This document shows, one piece after another, positions 42,694-55,431 of a stretch of 64,000 bases of DNA. Each line of letters opens with the position of its first letter. Positions within the stretch are counted from its first letter, which is position 1. A model generated the notes under the pieces. It ran no database searches. It was not told the origin of the DNA and was given only the letters and a program-made list of their open reading frames with translations. The translations under genes were made by a program, and so were the position numbers. Origin of the DNA: Octopus vulgaris (lineage: Eukaryota); NCBI GenBank assembly GCA_951406725.2, contig OX597818.1, forward strand, positions 25,978,001-26,042,000. Reading direction: 5' to 3'.

Positions 42694-43137
42694 TCATTAA
42701 GATTACTCAAGGAATTTTGTTAGTCCTCTGTTTTGAGAAGTGGAAGTCTTCCTATAGTGATATGATTTAATTGTAGCAATAATCTTAAAGAGATGCTATG
42801 TGAATTTTTAATCCCCATATCTTAAATATTATTAAAGCAATTCACATGCAAGTGAATGTAAGTAAGTATATCAAAATACATACATACATATATTGGAGGG
42901 TTTTTTTTATATTCAAATAAAGAAAAGGCCCTGACCTCTTGCATTTGTCTAGAGGTAAAACACAAAGAAGATTGATTTTAATGCCATATGTTTCAGTGAT
43001 TGTTTATCTTTCATAAAACATCTTTTATTTTATTTCATTTTTTCATCTCTTTTCTGCTTTTGTTCTGTAGTATATGAACTACCTTCTTGTTTATCTCAGA
43101 ATTAAATGAAATCCCCTTCTGGTTACATTTTCTATTG

Positions 43138-43203
<66 letters not shown>

Positions 43204-43619
43204 CATACCTCTCCTTTTTCCTGTTATTATTTTGATTGCTACTCTAAATTTATGAAGCAATTACTAAATAAACAAACTGAACAATGCTTAAAAAATGAAA
43301 AAAAATCATTGCTGCCTCAGCTAACCTTAACAATTCATATATATGTTATGTTCATAATTTATTTACTCACATGGTGTTTCCTTTTCCTTTTGGTGAAAGG
43401 CAAAGGTTTCTATTATATTTCTTCATTTAAAGTTATTTCTGTATTTCTCATTCTTTGTCTATCAATTTGTTTTTTTTTTTGTTTTTTTTTTTGTTTCCTT
43501 TTCATACACCACCCCATTTTGTTTATTTCTATTAGCTTTTCAAAATATTCTTTTTTAGCAAACATTAAATATATAACATTTCCTTATGATTTATAATTTT
43601 CTTTTCCATTATTATACTA

Positions 43620-43862
43620 TCATGATCAAGGATCACAATCATCATTGCCACCACTGTCATTATCAGCATCATCACTACCATTGTCAGCACTATTGCCATC
43701 AACATCCCACCACCAATATCAACATTTTCACTATCCAGTCATCACCATCTCCACCACCCAGCACTGTTATCAGCATCATCATCATCAGTATCCTCACCAG
43801 CATTATCATGCTCACTACTATCAACACTATCACTATCATCATCACCACCACTACCATCACAT
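43620..43862. repeat. Degenerate (CAT/CAC)n trinucleotide repeat
   Basis: Directly visible. It explains the His/Ile-rich ORFs. Confidence 0.9.
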
Positions 43863-45186
43863 GTTTTTGCTTCTATATTAATAAATGTATGATCCTGTCT
43901 AATAATATTTAATAGTAAGTCTTTCTGGACATGAAGGGTTCCGTCTATGTAAACCAAGTAAATAAATGAATAAAATGTTTTATTTACACACCCAAAGCAT
44001 AAAATTCTTTTGGAATATATATCACTGAACAAATCCCTAGTTCTGTTGTTTTTGGGTTTTTTTAAATATCAAGGGAATAAAGAGAAGAAAAACATATCTC
44101 TAGCTACTGGCCAGTTAGCATATACTTTTCTTTATTCACTAAGTCATGTTAACCTCCTTTTTTGAGAGCTTTTTTGTTTTATTATCAAAAAAGAGCAATC
44201 TTTCTTTAGACTATTATACCTCATTTAGTAGCAACTTAGGTTATATCAATTACTAGGTTTATGCATTAGCTAAGTTGAGCCGTTAGAAAAAGCAGTCAAA
44301 TCTCCTTCAAATAAACCCCTATTATCTGTATAAAAGAGAGAGAGAGAGAGAGGGGACACCTTGCATAATAGGACACTAAGTATACAGTTGCTGAACAAAA
44401 ATGATGTAATTATTATGGATTGCTTTTGATCACAAGACTGTTCAGTTGGGGCTGACCTGGGGCTGAACAACAGCAATAATAACAGCAATATTATATAATG
44501 GATTGTGCAATGGAGTCCTGTTCTGTGGTTGGATATGCAAGTTAGTTTTTATTGCTTGGATGGTTACCTTGTTTCAGAATCTGCTCAAGCAAAGTTGAAG
44601 AGATTACTAACCAATAACTACTATTGCTACAATTACTGCTGCTACATTTCTAGTATTGTAATAAGACTAAATCAGTTGTATTTCATTGCTCAGTTACAGA
44701 TTTGGCACTGAAGCAATGAAGTTGCATAAAACATAGATTGTTTGATTTAATTATGTAATGGCTCTCTAGGTATTCTAGCATCAATTAAATAAATAAGATT
44801 GTTATTTAGCAACCCTTATGCGCCATTTGCAACTGTTATGTTAGTTAAACCATTGTCATTGAAGAAATGTAATCAGAGAAGTAATGTATGTAAAAAAGAT
44901 GTCTATTAGTTCAGCATAATTCTTTCTGTCTATTCTTCTAATAAGCATAATATCAGTTTTAAGTTCAAGATAATCATTATAAGGTTACTGTTAAGTAACC
45001 TCTCAATTTACTATATTATCAGTGCTGATTGTCAAACAGAATCACAAGATTGTTTTTAACAGCATAGTGTTGAAAAACATTTTACAAAATAATATTTCTA
45101 TCACAATTTCAGTACTGATTCAAAGAATTCAGTTGAGCAAAATTTACTCATCTATCTGGCTACCTGTTTGTTTATAAGATCCTTTA

Positions 45187-45397
45187 TTAACCCTTTTGGT
45201 ACCAACCTGGCTGAAACCACAAATGTCTTGTTTTCATAACTTTTTAATTAAAATCTTCCCCCAAACCTTAACCACAATTTATGTTCCTAACACTAGGTTA
45301 ATGATAACTAAGTTATTTTACTAAATTCTATGTTATATTTAAAATTAATTGAAAGAAACAGAGCATCTCAAAATAAATATGGTAATGAAAGGGTTAA
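45187..45397. mobile_element. piggyBac-type MITE
   Basis: TTAA|CCCTTTTGGTACC...GGTAATGAAAGGG|TTAA. A homologous copy is at 62410-62638. Confidence 0.85.
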
Positions 45398-45769
45398 TCA
45401 ATATTGGCTTTAGTGGCACTAGGAATATGTCCTCTTCCTCTGTTCCCTACCTCTTACACCTTGATATCATTGTCATCATCATCCTTGTTATAACTACAGC
45501 CATCCATCACTATTCCAGATACAATGCAACTTTCTTCTAGGTTAATTCTTAGTAGCTTATAATGTCCAGTGCTTCATTTGCACCTAAAATACTGCTATAA
45601 TTTTTTGTACATCATGATATTCAATTGCATATATTCTTGAATTTTCTCTTTTTATATACATAACTATTTTCTGGAAGTTGTTTGAATGTTAGAATTAGAT
45701 TGTAAAATTTTGGTCATGTCCATTCTAACATTCTTTGTTCTGACCCCATTTTAGTTTCTACAGTGACTT

Positions 45770-46515
45770 AGAAGGTGCTTTTTATGTTCCACCGGCACAG
45801 GTGCTAGTTACACGATACCAACATTGGCCACATTGCCTCTATGAGGCCCAATGCTCGAAAAGTGCTTTTTACATGACACCAGCATTGGTGCCAGTTCCAT
45901 GACACCAACAACAACCCCAGCTATGATTTCACTTGACTTGACAAGTCTTCTCAAGCATGGCATATTGCCAAAGGTCTTGGTTGCTAGTCATTACCTCTGT
46001 CAGGCCCAACATTTGAAGATTGTGCTTCACCACCTCATCCCATGTCTTCCTGGGTCTCCCTCTTCCACAGCTTCCTTCCATTGGTAGAGATTGGCACTTC
46101 TTCACACAACTGTCCACATACATATGCATCACATGACCATGCCAATGCAGTTGTCTCTTTTGTACACCACATCTGATTCCTCTTGTGCTCAGCTTTTCTC
46201 TCAAGATTCTTACACTCTGTCGTACACACTGACATTACACATCCAGCAAAGCATACTAGCTTCGTTTCTTTCAAGCTTATGCATGTCCTCAGCCATCACA
46301 GTCCATGTGTCACTGGTGTGTAACATGGCTGTTCACACACAGGCATCATACAATCTGCCTTTCACTCTGAGAGAGAGGCCCTTTGTTACCAACAGAGGTA
46401 GGAGCTCTCTGAACTTTGCCCAGCCTATTCTTATAGTAGCAGTTAAACTCTTGGAGCATGCACTCCCACTACTGACTTGGTCACCTAGGTAGTGGAAGCT
46501 ATCAACAATTTCTGT
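45770..46515 (-). mobile_element. Older RTE LINE fragment
   Basis: EIVDSFHYLGD...IRIGWAKFRELLPLL..KGLSLRVKGRLYDACV and LHWHGHVMHM...GRGRPRKTWDEVVKHNL, frameshifted. Confidence 0.9.
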
Positions 46516-46723
46516 CGGCTTTCTTCGAGACGCGTGCTTGTAGTGATGAATTACATTGTTATTGATGTTATGTCTATTTTTGGCATATTTTGGCATTAGA
46601 AATTTTTTCTTTTGCCTTCACTTATAAATTGTTTATAAATTTAACCTTTAAAGGTATTTTTTAATATACTGGCCATTGATAGAATTTTTTTCGAAAAATT
46701 TTATCCTACATTAGATGTTAATT

Positions 46724-46774
<51 letters not shown>

Positions 46775-46779
<5 letters not shown>

Positions 46780-47013
46780 ACAGACCATGCCTTTCTTTTG
46801 CTGGGCTCAAATCTTATTTGCTGGCCCATGAAAAACGAACCTCCACCAACTACTCTGCCTATATACCTGTGCACACCTTTCAATGCTTTGTATGCCATAA
46901 AGTCTGCAAATCTAATGGATGCCTCAAAAGACATTTTAAGATCCACAAAGATCAGAATTTGACTGCATCTGTAGTAGTCCAAATCACATATGCGATCTAT
47001 GTGGATGTCTTTT
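46775..47013 (+). pseudogene. C2H2 zinc-finger array remnant (probably a retroelement C-terminus), left half
   Basis: DRPCLSFAGLKSYLLAH, FQCFVCHKVCKSNGCLKRHFKIH, then in a shifted frame HICDLCGCLF, cut by the LTR insertion. It continues at 51894 as FNTLFGLKGCIRCH. Confidence 0.75.
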
Positions 47014-47239
47014 TGTTGTGGTGGAATCCAAACACCCCTGTGAAAGGATAAATGAACGGTTCTGAAATGGTTAAATACACATGCATGCTGGAGATATCAG
47101 AGGAGTGTTGTATGCACAGCCATATATTATACAGAGTTGTAGAAGCTATTAAGAAGAGATATTGTTGGTTTACGTGTTGGTGACTTAAACAGTTGGTGAA
47201 TGACTATAAGTCTGCAACTACATTAAAACATCATGACAG

Positions 47240-47258
47240 TGGGGACAAGGATTCGAAC
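47240..47258 (+). promoter_or_regulatory. Primer-binding site, probably tRNA-Ser type
   Basis: TGGGGACAAGGATTCGAAC, 1 nt after the 5' LTR. It resembles TGGCGACGAGG...GATTCGAAC, the complement of a tRNA-Ser(GCU) 3' end as I recall it. Confidence 0.6.
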
Positions 47259-50200
47259 TACATGCAAAGATGGTGACAAGGGTTCTAATTTCACGCACTT
47301 CACAAAAGTGAAGGCAAAGTTTCATATCTCGCACAGCAAAAAATAATATAAAACCACCTGCTTCATAAAAGTGAGACATTCAAAGTTCTTAGCATGAAAG
47401 AACTGTTAGCCTCCATGGTACAGCAACAACAACAGCAAACTCAGCAGTTGCAGTAGTGTGCAGTGACTTCTGATTGAAGTTGCAATTTTTGCCAATTTTT
47501 TTTCAGAATCTGAATCTCCATAGCCGAAAACATGGGTTTCCATTAAAAAAAATTTGTTTAAAGGTGGGAAGGGGTTGGGTTACATCTTCACCATGTGTGC
47601 CTTTTTCTTTTCATACAAATTAACTTGAAATTGTCTCATGAATTTCTTGTAGCTTCACACATCAGGTAATTTTGGTGTTGGTCAACTACCATTTATAATC
47701 AATTGTTTCCCTTCAAAGTCTTTTATTGAAAAACTATTTTTCAAAATATCTTCTATAACACATTTCAGTCATTTGGACAAATAGTGCACATGTGAGTGTG
47801 TGCATGAATTGTTAATCATTTTCAACAAAATGGAAAGATAATTTTAGTAAATTAACAAAAGATTAATTACCTATTTCTGAAATTAGAAATATAATATAGG
47901 TTATATTTCTGATTTCAGAATTTTTGAAAATTTGTTCATACAAAATTATGGTTAATGATAATAAATTTCAAAACTTACAACAGAGCGAAATAGATATTCC
48001 AAACATTTGAGCTGACTAATTAAGAATTATGGGTTTGTTGATATGTCTTGGTCAGAATTTTTACGGGTCAAAAAGTCAAACCCTGTTAGCACCATCAGTT
48101 ACAAAGAATTGTTGACAAAGATGAACTGATAGAAAGGAGGGGAGAGCAAAGCTAACATTCATTTTCATCAAAAGCAATTATTTTATCAAGATAGGCAGAA
48201 GAGAAATGATAGTTGTTGAAAAATAGGAAGTGGGGAACAAAAGATTTCATATGCATTTTTCTTTAAGCATTCCTAGAAGAAGCAAAAGCAAAGTATCAAT
48301 CTGGAGGGGTTTCCTTTGAAACAAAGTAACTATTTTAGCTCAGCTTCCAATGATTTGGACAACTTTTCAATGTGGTTATAAATGCATTAGGTTCTTAAAT
48401 TAATTTTTGAGTTACATAAAAATCAACGGACATGCAGTGCATGACTAGCATGTCTGGACTGCATACCACTGAGCAGATAGAATTATTTCTACAGTTGAAG
48501 AAGACGGCAGATGGAGTAGCTAATTCGATTCAGGAATTTATTTATAATCCTGAAGAAGGGATTATGTTTTTAGCATACTTTAGAAAGCATGAGAAAAATA
48601 TTTAAAGAAGAATGTAAAAGTTGGACAGATGAAAAAAAGGTAAGGCTTCTTTTACGAAAATTAGCACCAGCAGAACACGAAAAATATTGTAATTTCATCT
48701 TGCCAAGGAAACCACCAGAAATGTGTTTCGAGGAAACAATTAGCCTATCAGCAAAGATATTCAGCAAAAGGAGTTCATTATTTAACATTCGCTGGGAATG
48801 CCTGAACTTGAAAACTATGAAACAGATGACTCTGTTACGTATGCAGGTATCATAAACAAAGAATGGTGAAAATTCAAGCTAAGCAAGTTGACTCCAGACA
48901 TGTTCAAATGTTTAATCTTCGTAAAAGGATTAACTGAAAGTAAAAATGGGGAAATATGAGCTCAAATCTCAACAAAATTAGAGCAAGATACCAAGAACTA
49001 CGACAAGACACAGAAAAAATTGAAAGAGATGATGTAAATATACAGGCATGTCAACGTGTAACAAACAAGGAGAAAATAAAACAACCAAGACCAAAACCAT
49101 ACTATAGGTGTGGCGAAATACATTTTAAAAGGGCCTGTCCTTTTAAAAATAAAAGCAGAACATAAGAATTCACATTGTTGATTAAAGAAAAAAAAGGTTG
49201 AATGAAAGTGCAAGTAGAAAAGTGTTCTCAATGAAAATAGAAAGCAAGGGTCAAAAAAGAAAATTTGTATCTGTAAAACTAAATAATGTAAATACAAAAT
49301 TGCAATTGGATATGGAAGCAATATCTCAATAATAAACATTGATACATGGAAAAGGATTGGAAGAAAATATCAAAAACTGCTTGTTGTATTTCAAGAAAGC
49401 AAGTATGATTTTTAGTCGAAATGACAACGGAAGTGACATTTTGTGAGAAAGCTAAAGTTTACATATCAGAAAATACTATAAACCTGTCTGCTACAGACTG
49501 GATGGAAATATTTGATTTATGGGATCTACCCATAAATATCTTCTGTAATAATGTAAACGGCTTATACACCAGTTCAAATAAGGCATCAGAGAATTTAAAA
49601 AAGATGTTTCCTGATGTTCTTTTAGAAGACTTAGGTGCACTAAGACGGAAGTAAGATTTGAAGTAAAAAAAAAAGCTCTCTCGGTATTTAAACTGAAGTG
49701 AGCTGTACCTTTCATGGCATTGACATTGACAGGGAATTGGAGTAATAGAGAAAATAGATTATTCAGAATGGGCATCACTGACTGACTATGTAAAGAAGAA
49801 AAATAATAAAATAAGGGTCTGCACTGACTTTTCAACTGGTTTGAATGAATGCCTGAGAACATATAATTACCCTTTGCCAAGTCCAAAGGAAATTTTTGCC
49901 AAACTTAATGGAAGTAAATTCTTTTCAAAACTGGATTTATCGGAGGTGTACTTAAAGTTGCAAGTCAACGAGGAATGTTCGAAATTGCTAACTATAAACA
50001 TACAGAAAGGTTTATATAAATTTAGTCAACTTCCTTTTGGGATAATGGTTGCACCTAGTATTTTCCAACAGGTGATGGACACTGTGCTTGCAGATACTGA
50101 TTTCACTATAGTGTATCTAGATGACATACTCATAAAAAGTGAGACTCAAGACCAGCATGAGGAACATGTTAAAAAGGTCTTCGACAAAATAAAAGAGTAT

Positions 50201-50892
50201 GGATTTAAACTGAGTGAAGAAAAATGCAAGTTTTTTTATGCCAGAAATAAAGTATCTGGGACAATTGATTTTAAAAAATGGTTGCAAACCAGATCCTGCA
50301 AGAGCAACAGCGATAAAAAATATGCTGCCACCGAAAAATATTACTACATTACAAGCGTTCTTGGGGCTTGGAACAAGCATATACACTGAACATGCATGAG
50401 TTAACACCTTTGAACAACCTATACTAGCCAAGATCTAACGGCCTAGCGGAACGTTTCATAGACACATTTAAGAGAGCTATGAGGAAAACTAGAAATAAAT
50501 TATTACTGGATACTATATTGACGCAATTCTTGCATGTCTACAGAATAACGCCTAACCCCAACACAAAGTCAGGTATGTTGTTGGTTGAACTAATGTTTGC
50601 CAGGATAGTCTGGTCAATATTTGGTAAACTACTACTGGGAAGAAAACAAAAAATACAGAGAAACACTAAAAATAAAATGAAGTATTTCAATATAGGTGAC
50701 AAAGTGTTTTTTTTTTTAAATATAAAAACAGCAAAGTTGAGAAGAACAAAAAATAACTAAACGTTTAGGAAGAGTAGCATATATGGTAATAGGGCATAAA
50801 TGGGAACATAAAAGACATCTAAACCAAATGAAAGGAAGATTTACAGAAGAAAAAATAAGGCAGGAAGAGCCGAAGGAAATTCTATATGACAT

Positions 50893-51441
50893 TATTTATA
50901 TTGGACAGATATGCATCCTCATCTTGTTTGTTGTTACCACAACGTTTCAACTGATTTACTCTCCAGCCTTCATCAGGTATCCTGTTAGGGTTGAGTTCAA
51001 AATTCTACCTGGTCACCTGATGAGGGCTAGGGAGTAAATCAGCTGAAACATTGTGGCACCGTTTCGGTTTAGTTCAAAATTCTACCAGGACCCTTGATGA
51101 GGGCTGAGAAGTAAATCAGCTGAAACGTTGTGGCACTGTTTCGGTTGAGTTCAAAATTCTACCAGGACACTTGATGAGGGCTGAGGAGTAAATCAGCTGA
51201 AACGTTGTGGCACCGTTTCGGTTGAGTTCAAAATTCTACCAGGACACTTGATGAGGGCTGAGGAGTAAATCAGCTGAAACGTGGCACCGTTTCGGTTGAG
51301 TTCAAAATTCTACCAGGACACTTGATGAAGGCTGAGGAGTAAATCAGCTGAAACGTTGTGCTAACAACAAACAAGATGAGGACACATATCCATCCAATGT
51401 AAATAATGTACAAAATTCCTCATCTCTAAAATATAGAACAG
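50893..51441 (+). mobile_element. Hammerhead-bearing tandem/inverted insertion (Penelope terminal-repeat or retrozyme-like)
   Basis: TSD TTCTATATGACAT at 50880-50892 and 51442-51454. Inverted repeat of about 100 bp (50889-50988 against about 51310-51409). Five tandem units start at 50989, 51066, 51143, 51220 and 51294, each with (C/T)TGATGA-stem-GAAAC. Confidence 0.85.
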
Positions 51442-54155
51442 TTCTATATGACATGTTTGATGTTCCAGTACTGCAAGAAATGGTTGAACCAGCGTGTACA
51501 TCAATTAGGAAAAGAAAGCAGACAGAAATGTTGAAAATTAAACCAAAAAGAAAAAAAATGTTCCAATTTCTCCCCAAGGAAGTAGAAAAAAAAGGGTGGG
51601 GAGAAGGGTGGTAATAAATAAGCTTTGACTCTCAGGGGAAGTCAAACTTAAAAAGGGGAAATGTTGTGGTGGAATCTGAATGCTCCTATGAAAGGATAAA
51701 TGAACGGTTCCGAAATGTATAAATATGCATGCATGCTGGAGACGTCAGAGGAGTGTCGTATGCACAGCCATATATTATACAGAGAGTCATAGAAGCTATT
51801 AAGAAGAGATAATGTTAGTTTACATGTTGGTGATTTGAACAGTTGGTGAATGAATATATAATGAGTCTGCAACTACATTAAAGCATCATAACACTTTTCA
51901 ACACATTATTTGGTTTAAAAGGTTGCATCAGATGCCATGATGGATCTAAGGTGTAAGTACAAGAGGTGGTCGGACTCTGCATAAGGAGTAAACAACCACC
52001 CTATGTATTTATATTGAACCAAATTCGATGACTGGCACCTGTGCCAGTGGAGCGCTAACATCTCCTTCCAGGCGGGATCACTGCCAGAGCAGCAGTCTGG
52101 CTTCCGTGCTGGTGGCATGTAAAAAGCACCATTTGAGAGTGATCATTACTTGCGTTGCCTTACTGACACTTGTGCCAGTGGCACGTGAACAAAACATTCG
52201 AGCGAGGTCATTGCCAGTGCCGCTGTACTGACTCCTGTGCAGGTGGCACGTAAAAAACACCACTTGAGCGTGGCACGTAAAAGCACCCACTACACTCTCA
52301 GAGTGGTTGGTGTTAGGAAGGGCATCCAGCTGTGGAAACTCTGCCAGATCAGATTGGAGCCTGGTGTAGCCATCTGGTTTGCCAGTCCTCAGTCAAGTCA
52401 TCCAACCCATGCCAGCATGGAAAGCAGACGCTAAATGATGATGATGATGATGATGTGTGTGTGTATGTGTGTATTCACACTCACACGTGTGTAATTAATA
52501 AATTGTCATATGCACAGTGAATAGCAAGAATCAGAATGATGACTAACATATTTATGCTTAATATGTTGTGGCAGATTTGAATGTGAATATGTTAGTCACT
52601 GTTGTGGTTGTCACAAGAGAACAGCTTCTCCTCTATAACAAATATCTGTTCGTAACACACTCACTCAATTAATTAATTAGCACATGAGATTCTGAGACAC
52701 TGGTGTTTCAACATGTGTCTCATTAACCAGAATCGCCCTTGGGCCAATGAATTTAACAAGAATCAGTAGTCTTGTATAAACAAGGGAACAACAAACTATT
52801 CACTGATCCATGCTGATGTCTGTCAACTGATAATAAATCATCATATGTATATAGTGCAGGCATATATGTATATTGATATATTTGTATATGTGTGTGAGTA
52901 TATAAGCATATGTATGTGTGTATGTATGAGAGAGAGAGAGAGAGATGTGTAGAGAAGTTGTGCAGCTAAATTATTTCAAGTGATTCTGTGACTGGGCATT
53001 TCTATTTTCTGCTTATTTAGTCCTGTTATTACTTTTCCAAATTATATAGAATAAAATAAAATGTTTGGCTGTTACTAAAAACTTCTTACATTCTCCCAGT
53101 AAAATAAGCACTCTTCAGCAATGATTCACATTCTGTAGCAATGTTTTCCAGCTGAATAAATAATGGTGTTGGTGACAAATGAAATTTAGTATTTGCAAGT
53201 AGTTCTATTTGAAAATGTAAATGATACAAAAGATAGATTACTTTTTAAACAAAGCTCTCTGTAATGACATCAAGAAGATTTCAATTCAAATCTTTCATCC
53301 AGTTAGTCACTGTTTTCCATTTTCAAATACTAACACCATCATTATAATTTTAATTGAAAACAAACATAGTTAACGTGATCGATCAGAGAATGATCTAAGT
53401 TTTCTGGCTATCTGTATGCAACTTATAATTTCTATATATTAATAACTGATGTAAATTCAGTCAAAGGATTGCTAAATAAAGTTCAGTAGTTTTTATAACA
53501 TACTGTTTTAATCAGAGCATTTCATGAGCAATGATAGAATCAGCCGGAAATGGGATAATACATTGATAATAGAAAAAAAAACTCAACTAACCATTCTTAA
53601 ACTCTTTTAAATTTATACTAAAGAATATGAACAGGGTACAAGGACACCATCATGCAAAATGTTGAATGATTTTTTTTATTTTAAGGAGAAAATGCATGAG
53701 ATGAAATATTCCCATTATTAGTGTTGAGTTGTTGAGTTCTGTTTTCCATTGTCATTTAAGTTGAAGTCAGTTACTTATATTGTGGTATTGTCATCATAAC
53801 CATCTTAAACATACATATGCTGTTATTTTAATGATTTTATTTTCAGTAGTCTTATATACTTCAAAGCATCATATAACAAAAACAGTTCACCTATGACTTG
53901 ATTATTGACACTCCCCAACATACTGTTTCAGTTTTAAAACACAACCTCTAACAGAATCCCATGCAAAACAAGTGCAACTCCAAAATATAATTACTTTGTT
54001 AATTTTGGGGAATGTCAACCTCACTTGGCTGTTTAAGATTTTTAAAAAAACACATTTGATATTGGAATTGCAGATATTTAGTTTGGAGTTTATACTGCAA
54101 ATAAAATTTTATTGGTTATTTAATTCATCAATTCAATTTTTCTTTCCCATTACAG

Positions 54156-54314
54156 GTGAAGAAGTGACATGGACCTACTGGGCTCCTAAGGAGCCTAAAG
54201 GCATCACAGACTTCTTTGAAGATTGTGTTGTTATGCGGCGAAAGCAAAACTGGCGTTGGCATGATTATCATTGTGACATGGCCCTGTATTATTATAACTT
54301 CATCTGTCAATTTC
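54156..54314 (+). CDS. C-type lectin domain protein, next exon (C-terminal part of the CTLD)
   Basis: Acceptor ttttctttcccattacAG at 54154-54155; donor C|GTAAGT at 54315. Translation (G)EEVTWTYWAPKEPKGITDFFEDCVVMRRKQNWRWHDYHCDMALYYYNFICQF has W-x3-EP, EDC, WxD-x2-C and FIC. Splices in frame to 30556 (G|GT = Gly). Confidence 0.95.
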
Positions 54315-55431
54315 GTAAGTAATATAGTTTTATTGACTTCAAATGTACTTCTCTTCAGAACATTCAGTTCATAGATTGGAATAGAAGTCATAAAGTCACT
54401 GGTGTTTGGAATTTAATATTGTTTTTCTTCCAAATAGATTATTAGGTGGTAATTCTTGACCTGATAGCAATTCATTGAAACCTATTACTTTAATTTACAC
54501 TCATTGAGTACATTAACCTGAAATTGAGAATTTTGAATATTCCAGGAACCTTCAAGTTACTAACAGTCTTGATTCTGTAGTTAAATTCCTGTTAGTTATC
54601 ATTAACATTATTCTTCAATCATTCTATTCAACATAGATTTAAAATTAAATCTCACTAAAGTTTATTTAATCTTTCACTTCACTCACTTCAGTATAGTGCA
54701 CTTCTGACTATATCCTTTCTCCAAGAACCCACCATAATCAACAATATTATCAAACTGGATAAATTATGGGATTCAATTTCCTACGTAACACCATTATTAT
54801 AATGTATGAAACTTTTACTGAAAATGTTCTGCATGCTTTTTTTTTGTGTGTGTTTTTCCGTGCTAGTATGGATTAGATGAATATTTTATTGAGGTATTGT
54901 TTTACAACTCGATGCTCTTCTTGCTCTTTCAAATAAGGGATCTCTTACACCACATGTTTTGGATGGTACAAAGCCAGAGGATGTTGTTGACAGGAAAAAT
55001 GTCACTCATAACTCAGTAATATTTACATCATCATCATCATCATTTAACGTCTGTTTTCCATGCTAGCATGGGTTGGACAGTTTAACTGGGGTTTGGGAAG
55101 CCAGAAGGCTGCGCCAGGCCCAGTCTGATCTGGCAGTGTTTCTACAGCTGGATGCCCTTCCTAATGCCAACCACTCCGTGAGTGTACTGGGTGCTTTTTA
55201 CGTGCCACCGGCACAGTACAAATATAATTAAACATGCACAGTGTTTTGCTTTAATTTTAAATCCTATTGGGCTTGACTCTCATCCTTCTGGCTTTGATTA
55301 AATACTATATTGAAGTCAAGTATGTTGACTATATAACAAGCAAATCATTTCTAGTGATGCTAGGATTTGTGTTCATGTACATTTAGTATTTTGTTGTTGC
55401 TTAGCCTGAGTCAGCTATGATTTAGCAAACC

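Larger units (their letters stand above)
47014..51893 (+). mobile_element. Decayed Ty3/Gypsy LTR retrotransposon with both LTRs (Mag-like)
   Basis: LTRs at 47014-47238 and 51662-51893 (TGTTGTG...CATGACA/CATAACA). TSD CTTTT at 47009-47013 and 51894-51898. PBS at 47240, PPT AAAAGGGGAAA before 51662. Gag (KKVRLLLRKL..AEHEKYCNFILP; decayed zinc knuckle YYRCGEIHFKRAC), RT (FFSKLDLSEVY, LPFGIMVAPSIFQ, YLDD) and integrase tail (PRSNGLAERFIDTFK), with many stops and frameshifts. Confidence 0.95.

Noticed and set aside
50989-51360. CRISPR-like regular array
   Set aside because: The units are near-identical along their whole length, with no unique spacers and no cas genes, in a eukaryotic context. It is a tandem repeat.
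53972-54155. N-terminal part of ORF 53972-54322 as a signal peptide
   Set aside because: It lies upstream of a clear splice acceptor and is intronic read-through.
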